DNA of 32,000 nt from Corynebacterium glutamicum ATCC 13032 (lineage in GTDB: Bacteria; Actinomycetota; Actinomycetes; Mycobacteriales; Mycobacteriaceae), in assembly GCF_000011325.1 (NCBI RefSeq), contig NC_003450.3, forward strand, positions 360,001 to 392,000, given 5' to 3'. The position numbers were made by a program, and so were the translations under genes. Each line of letters opens with the position of its first letter. The first letter of the stretch is position 1. This document shows, piece after piece, positions 1-8,646 of the stretch. The notes beneath the pieces are model-generated. The model worked only from the letters and a program-made list of their open reading frames with translations, did no database searches and was not told the DNA's origin.

Positions 1-307
1 CCAGTGCAGGGGGATTTGGAATGATTCCTGGGAGGGGATTTGGGATCATGCGCTGTTGTACTGCCCAGTGCACACCACTTGCGATAAGTCCGCCGACTGC
101 AGCGATAGCTGCGATGCCGAAGATGATGTCCCGGTTGGAGATGTCAGAATCTTCGGAATCCTCTGAACTTCCTGAGCTTGTGCCGCTGCTCAGCTCAGAT
201 GACACGGAGGCGTCAGTGTCTGTGTCCACGGTTTGCGCCTGCACTGGTGAGATGGCGGAAAAGGCGATCGCGGTGGTCGCGAGCATGGTGATGAGGGTTT
301 TACGCAT
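1..307 (-). CDS. Partial CDS (3' end leaves the window): small secreted/membrane-anchored protein with a signal peptide
   Basis: A reverse-strand ATG (plus-strand 'cat' 305-307) opens a frame that stays open to position 2. It reads MRKTLITMLATTAIAFSAISPVQAQTVDTDTDASVSSELSSGTSSGSSEDSEDSDISNRDIIFGIAAIAAVGGLIASGVHW.. This gives a Sec-type signal peptide (..PVQA|Q), an acidic Ser/Asp/Glu spacer and a hydrophobic helix. It is absent from the ORF track because it has no in-window stop. The listed + ORF 21..407 is its antisense shadow. Confidence 0.6.
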   Translation of the reverse strand, partial: MRKTLITMLATTAIAFSAISPVQAQTVDTDTDASVSSELSSGTSSGSSEDSEDSDISNRDIIFGIAAIAAVGGLIASGVHWAVQQRMIPNPLPGIIPNPPAL

Positions 308-810
308 GCCAATCATCTTTGCACGAGCTGTCAAAATTATTACTATTTTCTGTCAGCGCTCCCCTTTTTTTTGGGTGTATAGGAGATGCTATTTTCCGGG
401 CATCTAGCGCGCAGGCACCCCGGTAAGCTACATGTCCGGTGCAAGCTTTTTGCTTATCGACGCCCCCTCAACCACAATCCACCCAGCCCCAATGCAACTT
501 TATTTAGATACCAACCGCATTATATTTACCTCGCGGGGAGACGAAATTAGGTTGGGTTGGATGAAAACGATTTACACACAATGCCACCGGCTGTTCATTA
601 TCTATGCAAGATGGAATTAATTTGAAAATCTTTAGGATGAAGTTGATTCGGAGTGTTTATAACTGGCTGGGATAGTGTCAGACCCCGGCAACTGTGACGT
701 GGCCGATTGGTTACCAAACACTCTTGTTCAGAAGCTTCTGGGCTAAAAGAGAGTTGTGTAATGCCACTTTCACACATAGCCGGTGAGTGCTGTAAATGAT
801 TACGGGGAAT

Positions 811-1905
811 TTAACTATTATGCTCTTTATCTTCCGTTTTTCTGGTGGTCAGAGCATCATCGGCAAGCGCAGAAAGGTGAAACAAACTGGTGAGGAGAGA
901 ACCATAGATAGGCCACTTCTTTGAAGTTAATTGTTGATCCTCACTCATCTCACTTGAAAGTTTAGAGAGCCGGTCGCGGATAGGATCTATTTCCTGATTC
1001 GGATCTGCGAGCAAAGCTCCGGCATCGTGCATAAGGGATACCCACTGTTGCTGGAATACTGGATCCCAGTCGGAATCTATAATCGGGGTATCACGAAGAG
1101 TACGGGCAAGGTGGCGTAAATGAGCGATCCCTTCATCAATGCTGGTGAGGTTTGATTCATAACTTGTTTCCGTAGGCTGGGGGCGGCCCTCTTGGATGCG
1201 GATTTTACGAGGATTAACTCGACGGCTTTCGCGAGCGAACCGCACGGAGTGCCACGCTTTTTCTAGGTCATTGTTAATAGAATTAATTTCTTCCAGCCAC
1301 TCATCTGCATTGTCGATATTCCACTTTTCTGCAAGCTCATCGGCCATTTTTTGTAAAACCTCACCCATCCTCCGATCTAAGTTTCCTACCACCATGTTTG
1401 CCTCCTGGTCGCGTAAGGGAGGAAAGATGATGAGGTTGATGGCTATGGCAACAGCCACGCCGAGCAGGATCTCTAAAATACGGTCGTATAGAAGGGGTTG
1501 TTGATCATCAAACCCGGAGGCAAGAAGAAAAATGGATGTAGTAGCAATACCTATTCCTTCCGCGCGGAGCTTTGGTACTCGTGCACCTATTAATCCTATG
1601 ACCATTGCAAGGCCAAAAGTCCACACACTGACGTCTAAGTAAGTGCCTATGACAAAGGAAAGTCCAACTCCGATGACAGAAGCAATTGCAGTCTGAATTC
1701 CACTGATAAAGGTGTGGTAGACGGTGAATTGCATCGTCATTAACGCTACCCAGGGAGCTAAAAAGGGTAGTTGGGAGTTAAGGAGGTTAACCGAAATCCA
1801 CCACGTGACTGTCGCAGCAAGTGCTGATTTAAAAACCTGCAGTGCATCTGATTGGACTGCGGGTGAGCGAATTTTTTCCATTAATGGGGTGGTTATTTCA
1901 GCCAC
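811..1905 (-). CDS. Integral membrane protein, FUSC / aromatic-acid-exporter (ArAE)-like family
   Basis: 364-aa ORF with a GTG start at 1905 preceded by GAAGAGAG. The N-terminal half has several hydrophobic helices with the family-typical pattern ..ALQVFKSALAATVTWWIS..LPFLAPWVALMTMQFTVYHTFISGIQTAIASVIGVGLSF.. The C-terminal half is soluble, charged and helical. An alternative ATG start lies at 1881. Confidence 0.75.
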   Translation of the reverse strand: MAEITTPLMEKIRSPAVQSDALQVFKSALAATVTWWISVNLLNSQLPFLAPWVALMTMQFTVYHTFISGIQTAIASVIGVGLSFVIGTYLDVSVWTFGLAMVIGLIGARVPKLRAEGIGIATTSIFLLASGFDDQQPLLYDRILEILLGVAVAIAINLIIFPPLRDQEANMVVGNLDRRMGEVLQKMADELAEKWNIDNADEWLEEINSINNDLEKAWHSVRFARESRRVNPRKIRIQEGRPQPTETSYESNLTSIDEGIAHLRHLARTLRDTPIIDSDWDPVFQQQWVSLMHDAGALLADPNQEIDPIRDRLSKLSSEMSEDQQLTSKKWPIYGSLLTSLFHLSALADDALTTRKTEDKEHNS

Positions 1906-1997
1906 GAGTCTCTCTTCAACGGGGATGGTTTTACAGAAGCCTATCCGAGTTCCCGTCGAAAAGGCCGAGCCTAGTATGGCGAGGCAATAAAGATGGC

Positions 1998-2037
1998 AAA
2001 ACCGGCTGCCTTTTATATCTAAAAGGCAGCCGGTTTC
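1998..2037 (-). terminator. Rho-independent terminator downstream of cmt1
   Basis: Perfect inverted repeat AAACCGGCTGCCTTTT (1999-2014) / AAAAGGCAGCCGGTTT (2021-2036) with a 6-nt loop. On the minus strand the hairpin lies 17 nt after the cmt1 stop and runs into TTTTG. Confidence 0.8.
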
Positions 2038-2053
2038 AATGTTAAATCTGTTT

Positions 2054-3151
2054 CTAGGCCTCTAGCTCAAACGCACGAGCGAAGGTGGTCCAAGATCCGC
2101 GGAGGTCATCTTGCCACCAGCCCCATGAGTGGGTGCCGGTTGGGCGGAGGTTCCAGTCGGCTGGGATGCCGGCGGAGTCAAGTTTTGCCTTGAGGTCGTG
2201 GGTGCACTTGTTGGTTGCAGCTTCGATGATGCCGCCGGTTACCACAGTTTCTGCCATTGCGATGGACTGAACTTGTTGGTTGAGTCCTTCGAAGCGTGGG
2301 CTGTCGACGGATTCCCATTCACCAGCAAGGCCGGATGCGTTGGAGACGTATAGTTCGGTTCCGCGTAGTTTGTCGGAGTTGATCAGTGCGTCGTTGTAGA
2401 TGTTGTATTCGCCACCACGTGGTCCCCACATTTGTTCTGGGGTTGCGTTGCCGCGGTCAAGGGTGAGTTTGAGGTATTCCCATGGGAGCAGGCTTGAGGT
2501 TGCTGCGCATCCTGAGAAGGATGCTGCTGCGTCGTAGAAGCCTGGGAAGTGTTGTGGGAAGAGTAGGGAAGTAGTTGCGGACATGGACATGCCAGCAATT
2601 GCACGCTGACCGTCAGTGTTGAGCTTTTCTTCCAATGGTCCTGGAAGTTCCTTCACCAGGAAGGTTTCCCACATTTGCTTGCCACCGAGGGACGCATTCT
2701 CTTCTACCCAGTCGGTGTAGTAGGAAAACTTGCCTTCCATTGGAATAACAACGTTAACGTTCTTTTCTAGGTAGAAATCCAGAACGTCAGTCTGCATAAC
2801 CCAGTTAGCGGCACCTTCGCCACCGTCGCCACCGTTAAGAAGGTAAATCACAGGACGAGGACCTGCGGACTCATCGGCAGTTATAACTACCAGTGGCACA
2901 TTGCGGTCCATGGAAGGGGAGTATGCCCACATTTCTTTGACGCGCTCGTCTGCTGCGTTGACGTGTGCGCGCCAGCGAGGTGCAGAGGCTTCATCTGCAG
3001 GAGCACTATCGGAGATGGTGGATAGTGCAGTATCGCCAGCAACGTCTGCTGGGGTTACTTCGGCAGCGCCTGCGGTGGATGGCGTGACAATGGTGGACAT
3101 CGCAATTCCCAGCGCGATGGCTGGTGCAGCGATGCGGCGAAGAAGCTTCAT
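2054..3151 (-). CDS. cmt1: Trehalose corynomycolyl transferase (mycolyltransferase, antigen 85 / esterase D family)
   Basis: The ORF track gives 2054..3235. The likely real start is the internal ATG at 3151 (MKLLRRIAAPAIALGIAMSTIVTPSTAGAAEV, a signal peptide), preceded by GAGGGAAAG. That gives 365 aa. The alpha/beta-hydrolase nucleophile elbow is AGMSMSATTS. Overall similarity to the Ag85/PS1 catalytic domain supports the call (YLLNGGDGGEG.ANW....D...F; WETFL..ELP). Confidence 0.9.
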   Translation of the reverse strand: MKLLRRIAAPAIALGIAMSTIVTPSTAGAAEVTPADVAGDTALSTISDSAPADEASAPRWRAHVNAADERVKEMWAYSPSMDRNVPLVVITADESAGPRPVIYLLNGGDGGEGAANWVMQTDVLDFYLEKNVNVVIPMEGKFSYYTDWVEENASLGGKQMWETFLVKELPGPLEEKLNTDGQRAIAGMSMSATTSLLFPQHFPGFYDAAASFSGCAATSSLLPWEYLKLTLDRGNATPEQMWGPRGGEYNIYNDALINSDKLRGTELYVSNASGLAGEWESVDSPRFEGLNQQVQSIAMAETVVTGGIIEAATNKCTHDLKAKLDSAGIPADWNLRPTGTHSWGWWQDDLRGSWTTFARAFELEA

Positions 3152-3400
3152 ACGTCTTTCCCTCGTGAACTTGTGGTTGGTAGCCCTGACCTCGCCATTA
3201 CATGACCAGTTAGGGACTGCAGGGCCTAAACCCACTAATCGACAATATAAACCAAAGCTGTGTGTTCAGCCCGTTGTGGGTAAAACTAGCAGCTAAAAGT
3301 TGCGCCAAAGATTGTGGTGCACCTTTAATTTACATCTATATTTCAAGCTATTACGTTAACAGGCGCTTTACCTTTTCGAAATAACGAGCCAAAAATCTCT

Positions 3401-3560
3401 GAACCCAGGCACAACCTCCAATCCCAACAAACCCAGCGAACACCCCCAAATCAAAACCCAGCCCAACCCATACCTTTAAATTCAGATCCTCACCCCTCAC
3501 AGAGCGTCCAAGCAGCACCCCAACACCACCCCTCTCAAATAGCCCCACACCCCACAAACG
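3401..3560. repeat. Strand-asymmetric C/A-rich low-complexity tract (G-tract rich on the minus strand)
   Basis: About 160 nt almost devoid of G on the plus strand, with around 13 runs of 3 or more C (cccaac, acccagc, caccccca, acccagcccaaccca, cacccctc, gcaccccaac, ccacccctc, gccccacaccccac). It lies in the 670-bp divergent intergenic region between cmt1 (-) and wzz (+). Confidence 0.7.
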
Positions 3561-3823
3561 CCTTTGGAGTCTAAGAAATGCTAAGGTCAGCCCAAAAACT
3601 ACCTAAAATCTCCATAAGAGTAACGCCTGCTATGTCTCTTAAATTTCATGTCCTGCCCCACAAATTTGGAAATTGCGCTGAACTAAAATCAATTTCAAGC
3701 TAAATTAAGGAACCTGAGCTTCTGACCTATTCAGCGCTGGATTTTTTCTGGCATTTTCTTGGCAGTCAGTGAGTTGCTAACGTTCTATTGGTTAAAAATT
3801 GATCTGCAAGAGGACTGCAAAAT

Positions 3824-5260
3824 ATGGAATTAAGGGAATACGCGACAATCCTGATGAAGAATTGGGTGTTGATCGTTATCGCATCCATTCTTGGAATTGC
3901 AGCGGGCGCTGGTTTTTCCCTTCTAGCTACACCGGAGTATCAGTCACGTACTCAGTTGTATGTATCGGTGCGGTCGGGGGCTGGGACAACCTCTGACATG
4001 GTTCAGGGTGCTAACTTTTCGCGTCAGATTGTGAATAGTTATGTTGATGTCATTAAGACGGGTGTTGTTCTAGAGCCGGTTGTTGATGAGCTTGGTCTGG
4101 AGTTGACGGCTAACCAGTTGAGTTCTCATATCAGTGCGGCTTCTCCTGCTGATACTGCGTTGATCAACATCACTGCTTCTAGTCCTTCTCCTCAGCAGGC
4201 GGCTGAGATCGCCAATGCAGTGGGGGAGAGTTTCAAGAATGTGATTCAGACTGAATTGGAACCAGACTCCGGCGATGGCATGAGCCCGATTAACCTGACT
4301 ACTACTCAGGTGGCTCTGGAACCATCTTCTCCGGTCAGTCCTAATGTGATGATGAATATCCTCCTCGGCCTACTTGTAGGTCTTGCAATAGGTGTTGGTA
4401 TTGCAGTGCTTCGCGCGGCTTTGGATACTCGTATTCATTCCTTGCGCGATATTGAAGAGGTTACTGATAAGCCACTTTTGGGCGGAATCATTGCGGATTC
4501 TGAAGTTGAGAAGCACCCGTTGATCATTAAGCACAAGCCGCATAGTCCTATTGCGGAGTCCTTTCGTGCGTTACGTACTAACCTGCAGTTCCTTAACGTC
4601 GGCGGCTCATCTTCAGTATTTGTTATCTCCTCTGCTAATCCTGGTGAGGGTAAGTCAACCACTTCTGTAAACCTAGCTTTGGCGCTTGCAGAGGCCGGCT
4701 CCCGTGTAGCGCTGATCGAAGCTGATCTTCGCTTGCCACGAGTGAGCAAGTACCTCGGAGTTGAGGGCAACGCAGGTCTGACTGACATTCTCATTGGCAA
4801 GGCCGAGGTTAATGATGTGTTGCAGCGTTGGGGTAGGACTCAGTTGTACTATCTCCCGGCAGGGCGCATTCCGCCGAACCCGAGTGAGTTGCTTGGTTCA
4901 GCTGAGATGGAAAAGGTCATTGCGGAGCTTGAGGAAAGCTTTGATTATGTGATCATCGATGCCCCTCCGGCGTTGGCGGTTACCGATGCTGCAGTTATTG
5001 GTCATGGCAAGGCTGGCATCCTGATTGCGGTCTCCGCAGGTTCTACAAAGAAGCCTGAGTTGGAAGCTACGCTGTCCACGCTTGAGAATGCGGATGCCAA
5101 TGTTGTTGGCGTTGTCGCTACGATGCTCCCGCCTAAGTCTGTGGCTGGTTATGGCTACGGAAATTACGGCTACGGCGACACCTCCAAAATCAATGCCCCT
5201 AAGCCCGACAACACCGAACTAACCACCACCGATGCTTCCAAGGCCAACAATGAGCAATAG
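3824..5260 (+). CDS. wzz: Polysaccharide co-polymerase / BY-type tyrosine autokinase (Wzz/Wzc-like, fused architecture)
   Basis: 478 aa with AGAGGA 9 nt upstream of the ATG. The N-terminal Wzz domain is bracketed by two TM helices (WVLIVIASILGIAAGAGFSLL; MMNILLGLLVGLAIGVGIAVL). The C-terminal kinase carries Walker A SANPGEGKSTTS, Walker A' ALIEADLRLP and Walker B YVIIDAPP. The C-terminal Tyr cluster is AGYGYGNYGYGD (nt 5150-5173). Confidence 0.92.
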   Translation: MELREYATILMKNWVLIVIASILGIAAGAGFSLLATPEYQSRTQLYVSVRSGAGTTSDMVQGANFSRQIVNSYVDVIKTGVVLEPVVDELGLELTANQLSSHISAASPADTALINITASSPSPQQAAEIANAVGESFKNVIQTELEPDSGDGMSPINLTTTQVALEPSSPVSPNVMMNILLGLLVGLAIGVGIAVLRAALDTRIHSLRDIEEVTDKPLLGGIIADSEVEKHPLIIKHKPHSPIAESFRALRTNLQFLNVGGSSSVFVISSANPGEGKSTTSVNLALALAEAGSRVALIEADLRLPRVSKYLGVEGNAGLTDILIGKAEVNDVLQRWGRTQLYYLPAGRIPPNPSELLGSAEMEKVIAELEESFDYVIIDAPPALAVTDAAVIGHGKAGILIAVSAGSTKKPELEATLSTLENADANVVGVVATMLPPKSVAGYGYGNYGYGDTSKINAPKPDNTELTTTDASKANNEQ

Positions 5261-5855
5261 CTTCACTATTCTCACTGTCTGTACTGGAAACATTTGCCGC
5301 TCCCCGTTAGCTAAGCAGCTACTTGAACTTGAGCTTCCGGGGGCAGATATAATCCGCGTTGATTCCGCCGGTGTTCAGGCGATGGTTGATTCGCCTATGC
5401 CGGAGCAATCTTTAGAAATCGCACGTAAACAGGGCATAGAAAACCCTGAGGAGCACCGAGCTAAGCAGATTACTGAGGAGCTTGTAAACCAATCTGATCT
5501 GATTCTTGCGATGGATCGGGGGCATCGAAAATCCATTGTCCAGCTAAGCCCGCGTGCAACCCGTAAGGTTTTCACTGTTGTTGATCTTGCCAGGTTAATT
5601 GAGGCAACAACTGATGCTGATCTGCAGGAAGAGCTCAATCTGGCAGGGGATTCCGTGATCGATAGGCTGCATGCGACAGTTGAGGCTGCTCGTCTTAGCC
5701 GCAGTGAATTGAATCCTCTGGATAACCTCGCAGATGAAGATATTGTTGACCCGTACGGAAAGAGTCAATCGGTTTATGAGGCATCGGCGAGTCAGCTAAT
5801 TCCAGCTATTCGTTTGATTGCTTCTTATTTGAACAAAGCACTGGAGTCTGCGTAA
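5250..5855 (+). CDS. ptpA2: Low-molecular-weight protein-tyrosine phosphatase
   Basis: P-loop CTGNICRSP (C-X5-R-S) immediately after the start MSNSFTILTV. The DP loop is IVDPYG. The track ORF starts at 5232. I prefer the ATG at 5250, which gives an 11-nt overlap with wzz; 5232 remains possible. The gene symbol is recalled from the C. glutamicum annotation and was not verified. Confidence 0.88.
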   Translation: MSNSFTILTVCTGNICRSPLAKQLLELELPGADIIRVDSAGVQAMVDSPMPEQSLEIARKQGIENPEEHRAKQITEELVNQSDLILAMDRGHRKSIVQLSPRATRKVFTVVDLARLIEATTDADLQEELNLAGDSVIDRLHATVEAARLSRSELNPLDNLADEDIVDPYGKSQSVYEASASQLIPAIRLIASYLNKALESA

Positions 5856-6841
5856 TGGCGAGGAAGTATCGGGTGGGTCAACGCCAACGTGGTTGGTCTA
5901 TATGGTTAAGCATTCTTGTTATTGTCGTGCTTTTGGTTGGGGCTGGAGCGCTTTCGGTTTTTGCCCTTAAAAGCGTAAAAGAAAACGATAAAAACGAAGG
6001 CTTTTCGACGACTAAAGCTGCCTCCGTAGAGCAAATAAGCTCTGAAACTTCCGAAGAAAGCCCCGAGGAAGCACCGGCAGAGATTTCAGAGTCGGAAGAA
6101 ATCTCTGCTGAGCAGGCCTCGTTGCCACTCGTGGCGCCACAGCGGCAGATTGCACAATTTGAAAATCTAGCTGTGCGATCCCAAGTTGGTACGTGCACTG
6201 ATCCTGGAACACTCGAAATCTCCACTGATGGTGGACAAGCTTGGTCCACATCAGCGTCATTTACAGCAACCACGGCGACACAAGTGCTTCGCTTGATTCC
6301 GGTGAGCACTTCAAACATCTTTGTTGTTGCACTGAATGCTGATTGCGAGCCACGGATTTACGGAACAACTGATCAAGGTGCAACGTGGCAACAACCAGTT
6401 TCAGCAGTAGGAACCTGGTACTTAGATCCTTCTAACCCAACGCAGCTAACGGCTCCCGGTGGGGCTAAAGCAATTAGCTGTGAGGCAATCTCGATCGCCC
6501 CAAGAACTGACAGCAACGTTGATGTGCTGTGTGCAGATGGATCGCTGACTTCCACCTCTGATGGAGGAGCAAGCTGGTCAGAGCCCGTTGCGGGTGCTGG
6601 TGTATTTAATGTCGCGCACTCAAATGGTGATTGGTTGCTGATCGCTCAAGACCCTGATCAATGCACAGGAATCCAACTAAGTGACACTCTTCCTGTTGCT
6701 GAGGGAGCTACATGCGTGCATGCTGAACTCGGTGAATCCGATGCCGGACAGATCGCAGCAACTCAATTTGGAGATTCAGTTTTAGCCTGGGTTGGCGAAA
6801 CCCAATTTATTTCAAAAGATGGTGGACAAACATGGCAATAA
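5855..6841 (+). CDS. Membrane-anchored/secreted protein with four Asp-box (BNR-type) motifs; putative beta-propeller
   Basis: 328 aa. The start overlaps the ptp stop (TAATG). It has an N-terminal TM/signal anchor (WSIWLSILVIVVLLVGAGALSVFAL) and an acidic Ser/Glu linker. Four S/T-x-D-x-G-x-[TAS]-W motifs follow: STDGGQAW (6221-6244), TTDQGATW (6365-6388), TSDGGASW (6554-6577) and SKDGGQTW (6812-6835). Six Cys lie in the extracytoplasmic part. Confidence 0.8.
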   Translation: MARKYRVGQRQRGWSIWLSILVIVVLLVGAGALSVFALKSVKENDKNEGFSTTKAASVEQISSETSEESPEEAPAEISESEEISAEQASLPLVAPQRQIAQFENLAVRSQVGTCTDPGTLEISTDGGQAWSTSASFTATTATQVLRLIPVSTSNIFVVALNADCEPRIYGTTDQGATWQQPVSAVGTWYLDPSNPTQLTAPGGAKAISCEAISIAPRTDSNVDVLCADGSLTSTSDGGASWSEPVAGAGVFNVAHSNGDWLLIAQDPDQCTGIQLSDTLPVAEGATCVHAELGESDAGQIAATQFGDSVLAWVGETQFISKDGGQTWQ

Positions 6842-8646
6842 GCATTGGTAAAGCAGGACAGAACTTAAAAGGGTCAGTGCCTATCGGAAAAGTCCTTTTT
6901 CTCATTGATGCCCTTGCCTGGATTTCTGCACTATTTATCGGTGTGGTTTTGCGGTATGAATTCAATCTGAGTTCTATCAACTGGAGTGCGTTTGCATGGT
7001 TCGGGCTTGCTGCAGTTATTTTGCAGTTTGTTCTCGGACTTTCTCTCCATCTTTACCGCAAGGGATTACGTCACCTTTTCGGTAGCTTCGAAGATACACT
7101 AAACGTTTCTATCTCGGTCATTGTTGTCGGTGTTGTCCTTTGGATCGCCTCACTATTTGTTGGTCAGCGTTGGGAAATCTCACGCGGTGTCATGCTGCTA
7201 GTTATCCCGCTTGCTCTCGTATTCGTATTGGCAGTGCGTTATCTCGCGCGTATGCGAGTTGAGCGTCTTCGTCGTCCGGCTGCGGATTCCACACCAGCAT
7301 TGATTCTTGGTGGTGGATACATCGGTACCAACCTGATCCAGTGGATGATGTCCGATCCTAAGTCGCCTTTCCGCCCAGTCGGCGTTATTGATGATAACCC
7401 TGAATTAGCATGGCAACGCGTACGTGGTGTGCCGGTTCTTGGCAAGTTTGATGATATCGCCCAAGTTGCATCAGACACTGGCGCAGAACTTCTTATCGTT
7501 GCTATTGGTGATGCCGACTCTGCACTTTTAAGGCGTGTCCAAGATACCGCTAATAAAAATGGTCTTTCAGTAAAGGTAATGCCGGCTATTGACCGCGTCG
7601 TTTCTAAGGGCGTTCGTGGAAACGATTTGCGTGATCTCTCTATTGAAGATTTGCTTGGACGTCAACCTGTTGAAACCAATGTTTCAGAAATTACTGGCTA
7701 TCTAACAGGTAAGCGTGTTCTTGTTACCGGTGCAGGTGGGTCAATTGGTTCCCAGCTATGTACGGAAATTGCCAAATACGGACCTGCTGAGCTTATGATG
7801 CTTGATCGCGATGAGACTGGTTTGCAGCAGGTTCTGATTAACGTTGCTGGTAACGGTTTGTTGGATACGGATGCTGTGGTTCTTGCGGATATCCGCGAAG
7901 CAGACGCGATGAAAGAGATTTTTCTCAAGCGTAAACCAGAAGTTGTCTTCCATGCAGCAGCATTAAAGCACTTGCCAATGCTGGAGCAGTATCCAGATGA
8001 GGGCTGGAAAACAAACGTTCTAGGAACTCTTAACGTTCTTGCTGCCGCAGAAGCTGTTGGTGTTGAGACTTTCGTCAATATTTCCACCGATAAGGCAGCT
8101 AATCCAACCAGCGTCTTAGGGCACTCAAAGCGAGTCGCTGAAAAGCTGACTGCCTGGTATGGACAGAATTCCACCAGCAAGTACCTATCGGTTCGATTTG
8201 GAAACGTCATTGGTAGCCGTGGATCGATGCTCCCGACTTTCACCAGGCTAATCATGGAAGATAAACCGCTAACAGTGACGCACCCGGATGTCACTAGGTT
8301 CTTCATGACAATTCCTGAAGCTTGCCAATTGGTCCTGCAAGCCGGTGGTATTGGACGTTCCGGCGAGGTTCTCATCCTTGACATGGGTGAGCCTGTAAGC
8401 ATCCTTGAAATTGCACAGCGCATGATCGCAATGTCCGGTAAAGATATTGACATCGTGTTCACCGGCCTTCGCGAGGGCGAAAAGATGCACGAAGAGCTGG
8501 TTGGTGATGGTGAAACCGAAGATCGTCCATTCCACTCAAAGATTTCGCATGCACATGCAGAAAGCCTCGCTCCTAATAATCTCGATAGAGATCGATTTAT
8601 GCAACGTGCTGGAAAACTAGCTTCAACAGATTCGGAGATCATCTAA
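6832..8646 (+). CDS. capD: Membrane-bound NDP-sugar 4,6-dehydratase (CapD / PglF / WbpM family)
   Basis: 604 aa with a 10-nt overlap with the upstream gene. It has four N-terminal TM helices, then the Rossmann motif VLVTGAGGSIGSQLC. The family signature ISTDKAANPTSVLGHSKRVAEK and the motif FGNVIGSRGS are both present. Confidence 0.9.
   Translation: MAISIGKAGQNLKGSVPIGKVLFLIDALAWISALFIGVVLRYEFNLSSINWSAFAWFGLAAVILQFVLGLSLHLYRKGLRHLFGSFEDTLNVSISVIVVGVVLWIASLFVGQRWEISRGVMLLVIPLALVFVLAVRYLARMRVERLRRPAADSTPALILGGGYIGTNLIQWMMSDPKSPFRPVGVIDDNPELAWQRVRGVPVLGKFDDIAQVASDTGAELLIVAIGDADSALLRRVQDTANKNGLSVKVMPAIDRVVSKGVRGNDLRDLSIEDLLGRQPVETNVSEITGYLTGKRVLVTGAGGSIGSQLCTEIAKYGPAELMMLDRDETGLQQVLINVAGNGLLDTDAVVLADIREADAMKEIFLKRKPEVVFHAAALKHLPMLEQYPDEGWKTNVLGTLNVLAAAEAVGVETFVNISTDKAANPTSVLGHSKRVAEKLTAWYGQNSTSKYLSVRFGNVIGSRGSMLPTFTRLIMEDKPLTVTHPDVTRFFMTIPEACQLVLQAGGIGRSGEVLILDMGEPVSILEIAQRMIAMSGKDIDIVFTGLREGEKMHEELVGDGETEDRPFHSKISHAHAESLAPNNLDRDRFMQRAGKLASTDSEII

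Noticed and set aside
21-407. Plus-strand 128-aa ORF at the left edge
   Set aside because: The opposite strand encodes a much more protein-like product (signal peptide, acidic linker, TM helix) starting at 307. The plus-strand ORF is Ser/Ala/Met-rich and has no start context. I treat it as an antisense shadow.
432-620. 62-aa ORF in the 308-810 intergenic region
   Set aside because: It is short, with no ribosome-binding site or recognisable motif, and lies in a promoter/terminator region between two minus-strand genes.
3351-3557. Minus-strand 68-aa Gly/Val/Leu-rich ORF
   Set aside because: It coincides exactly with the C-tract / G-tract low-complexity region. The amino-acid composition (G, V, L, F) is what translating GGG/GTG/TTG runs would give, so it is most likely a compositional artefact.
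7698-8642. 314-aa ORF antisense to capD (and smaller antisense ORFs at 7239-7478, 7756-7953 and 8269-8535)
   Set aside because: The plus frame carries unambiguous CapD/PglF motifs over the same span. The antisense product is Ser/Arg/Pro-rich with no motifs.
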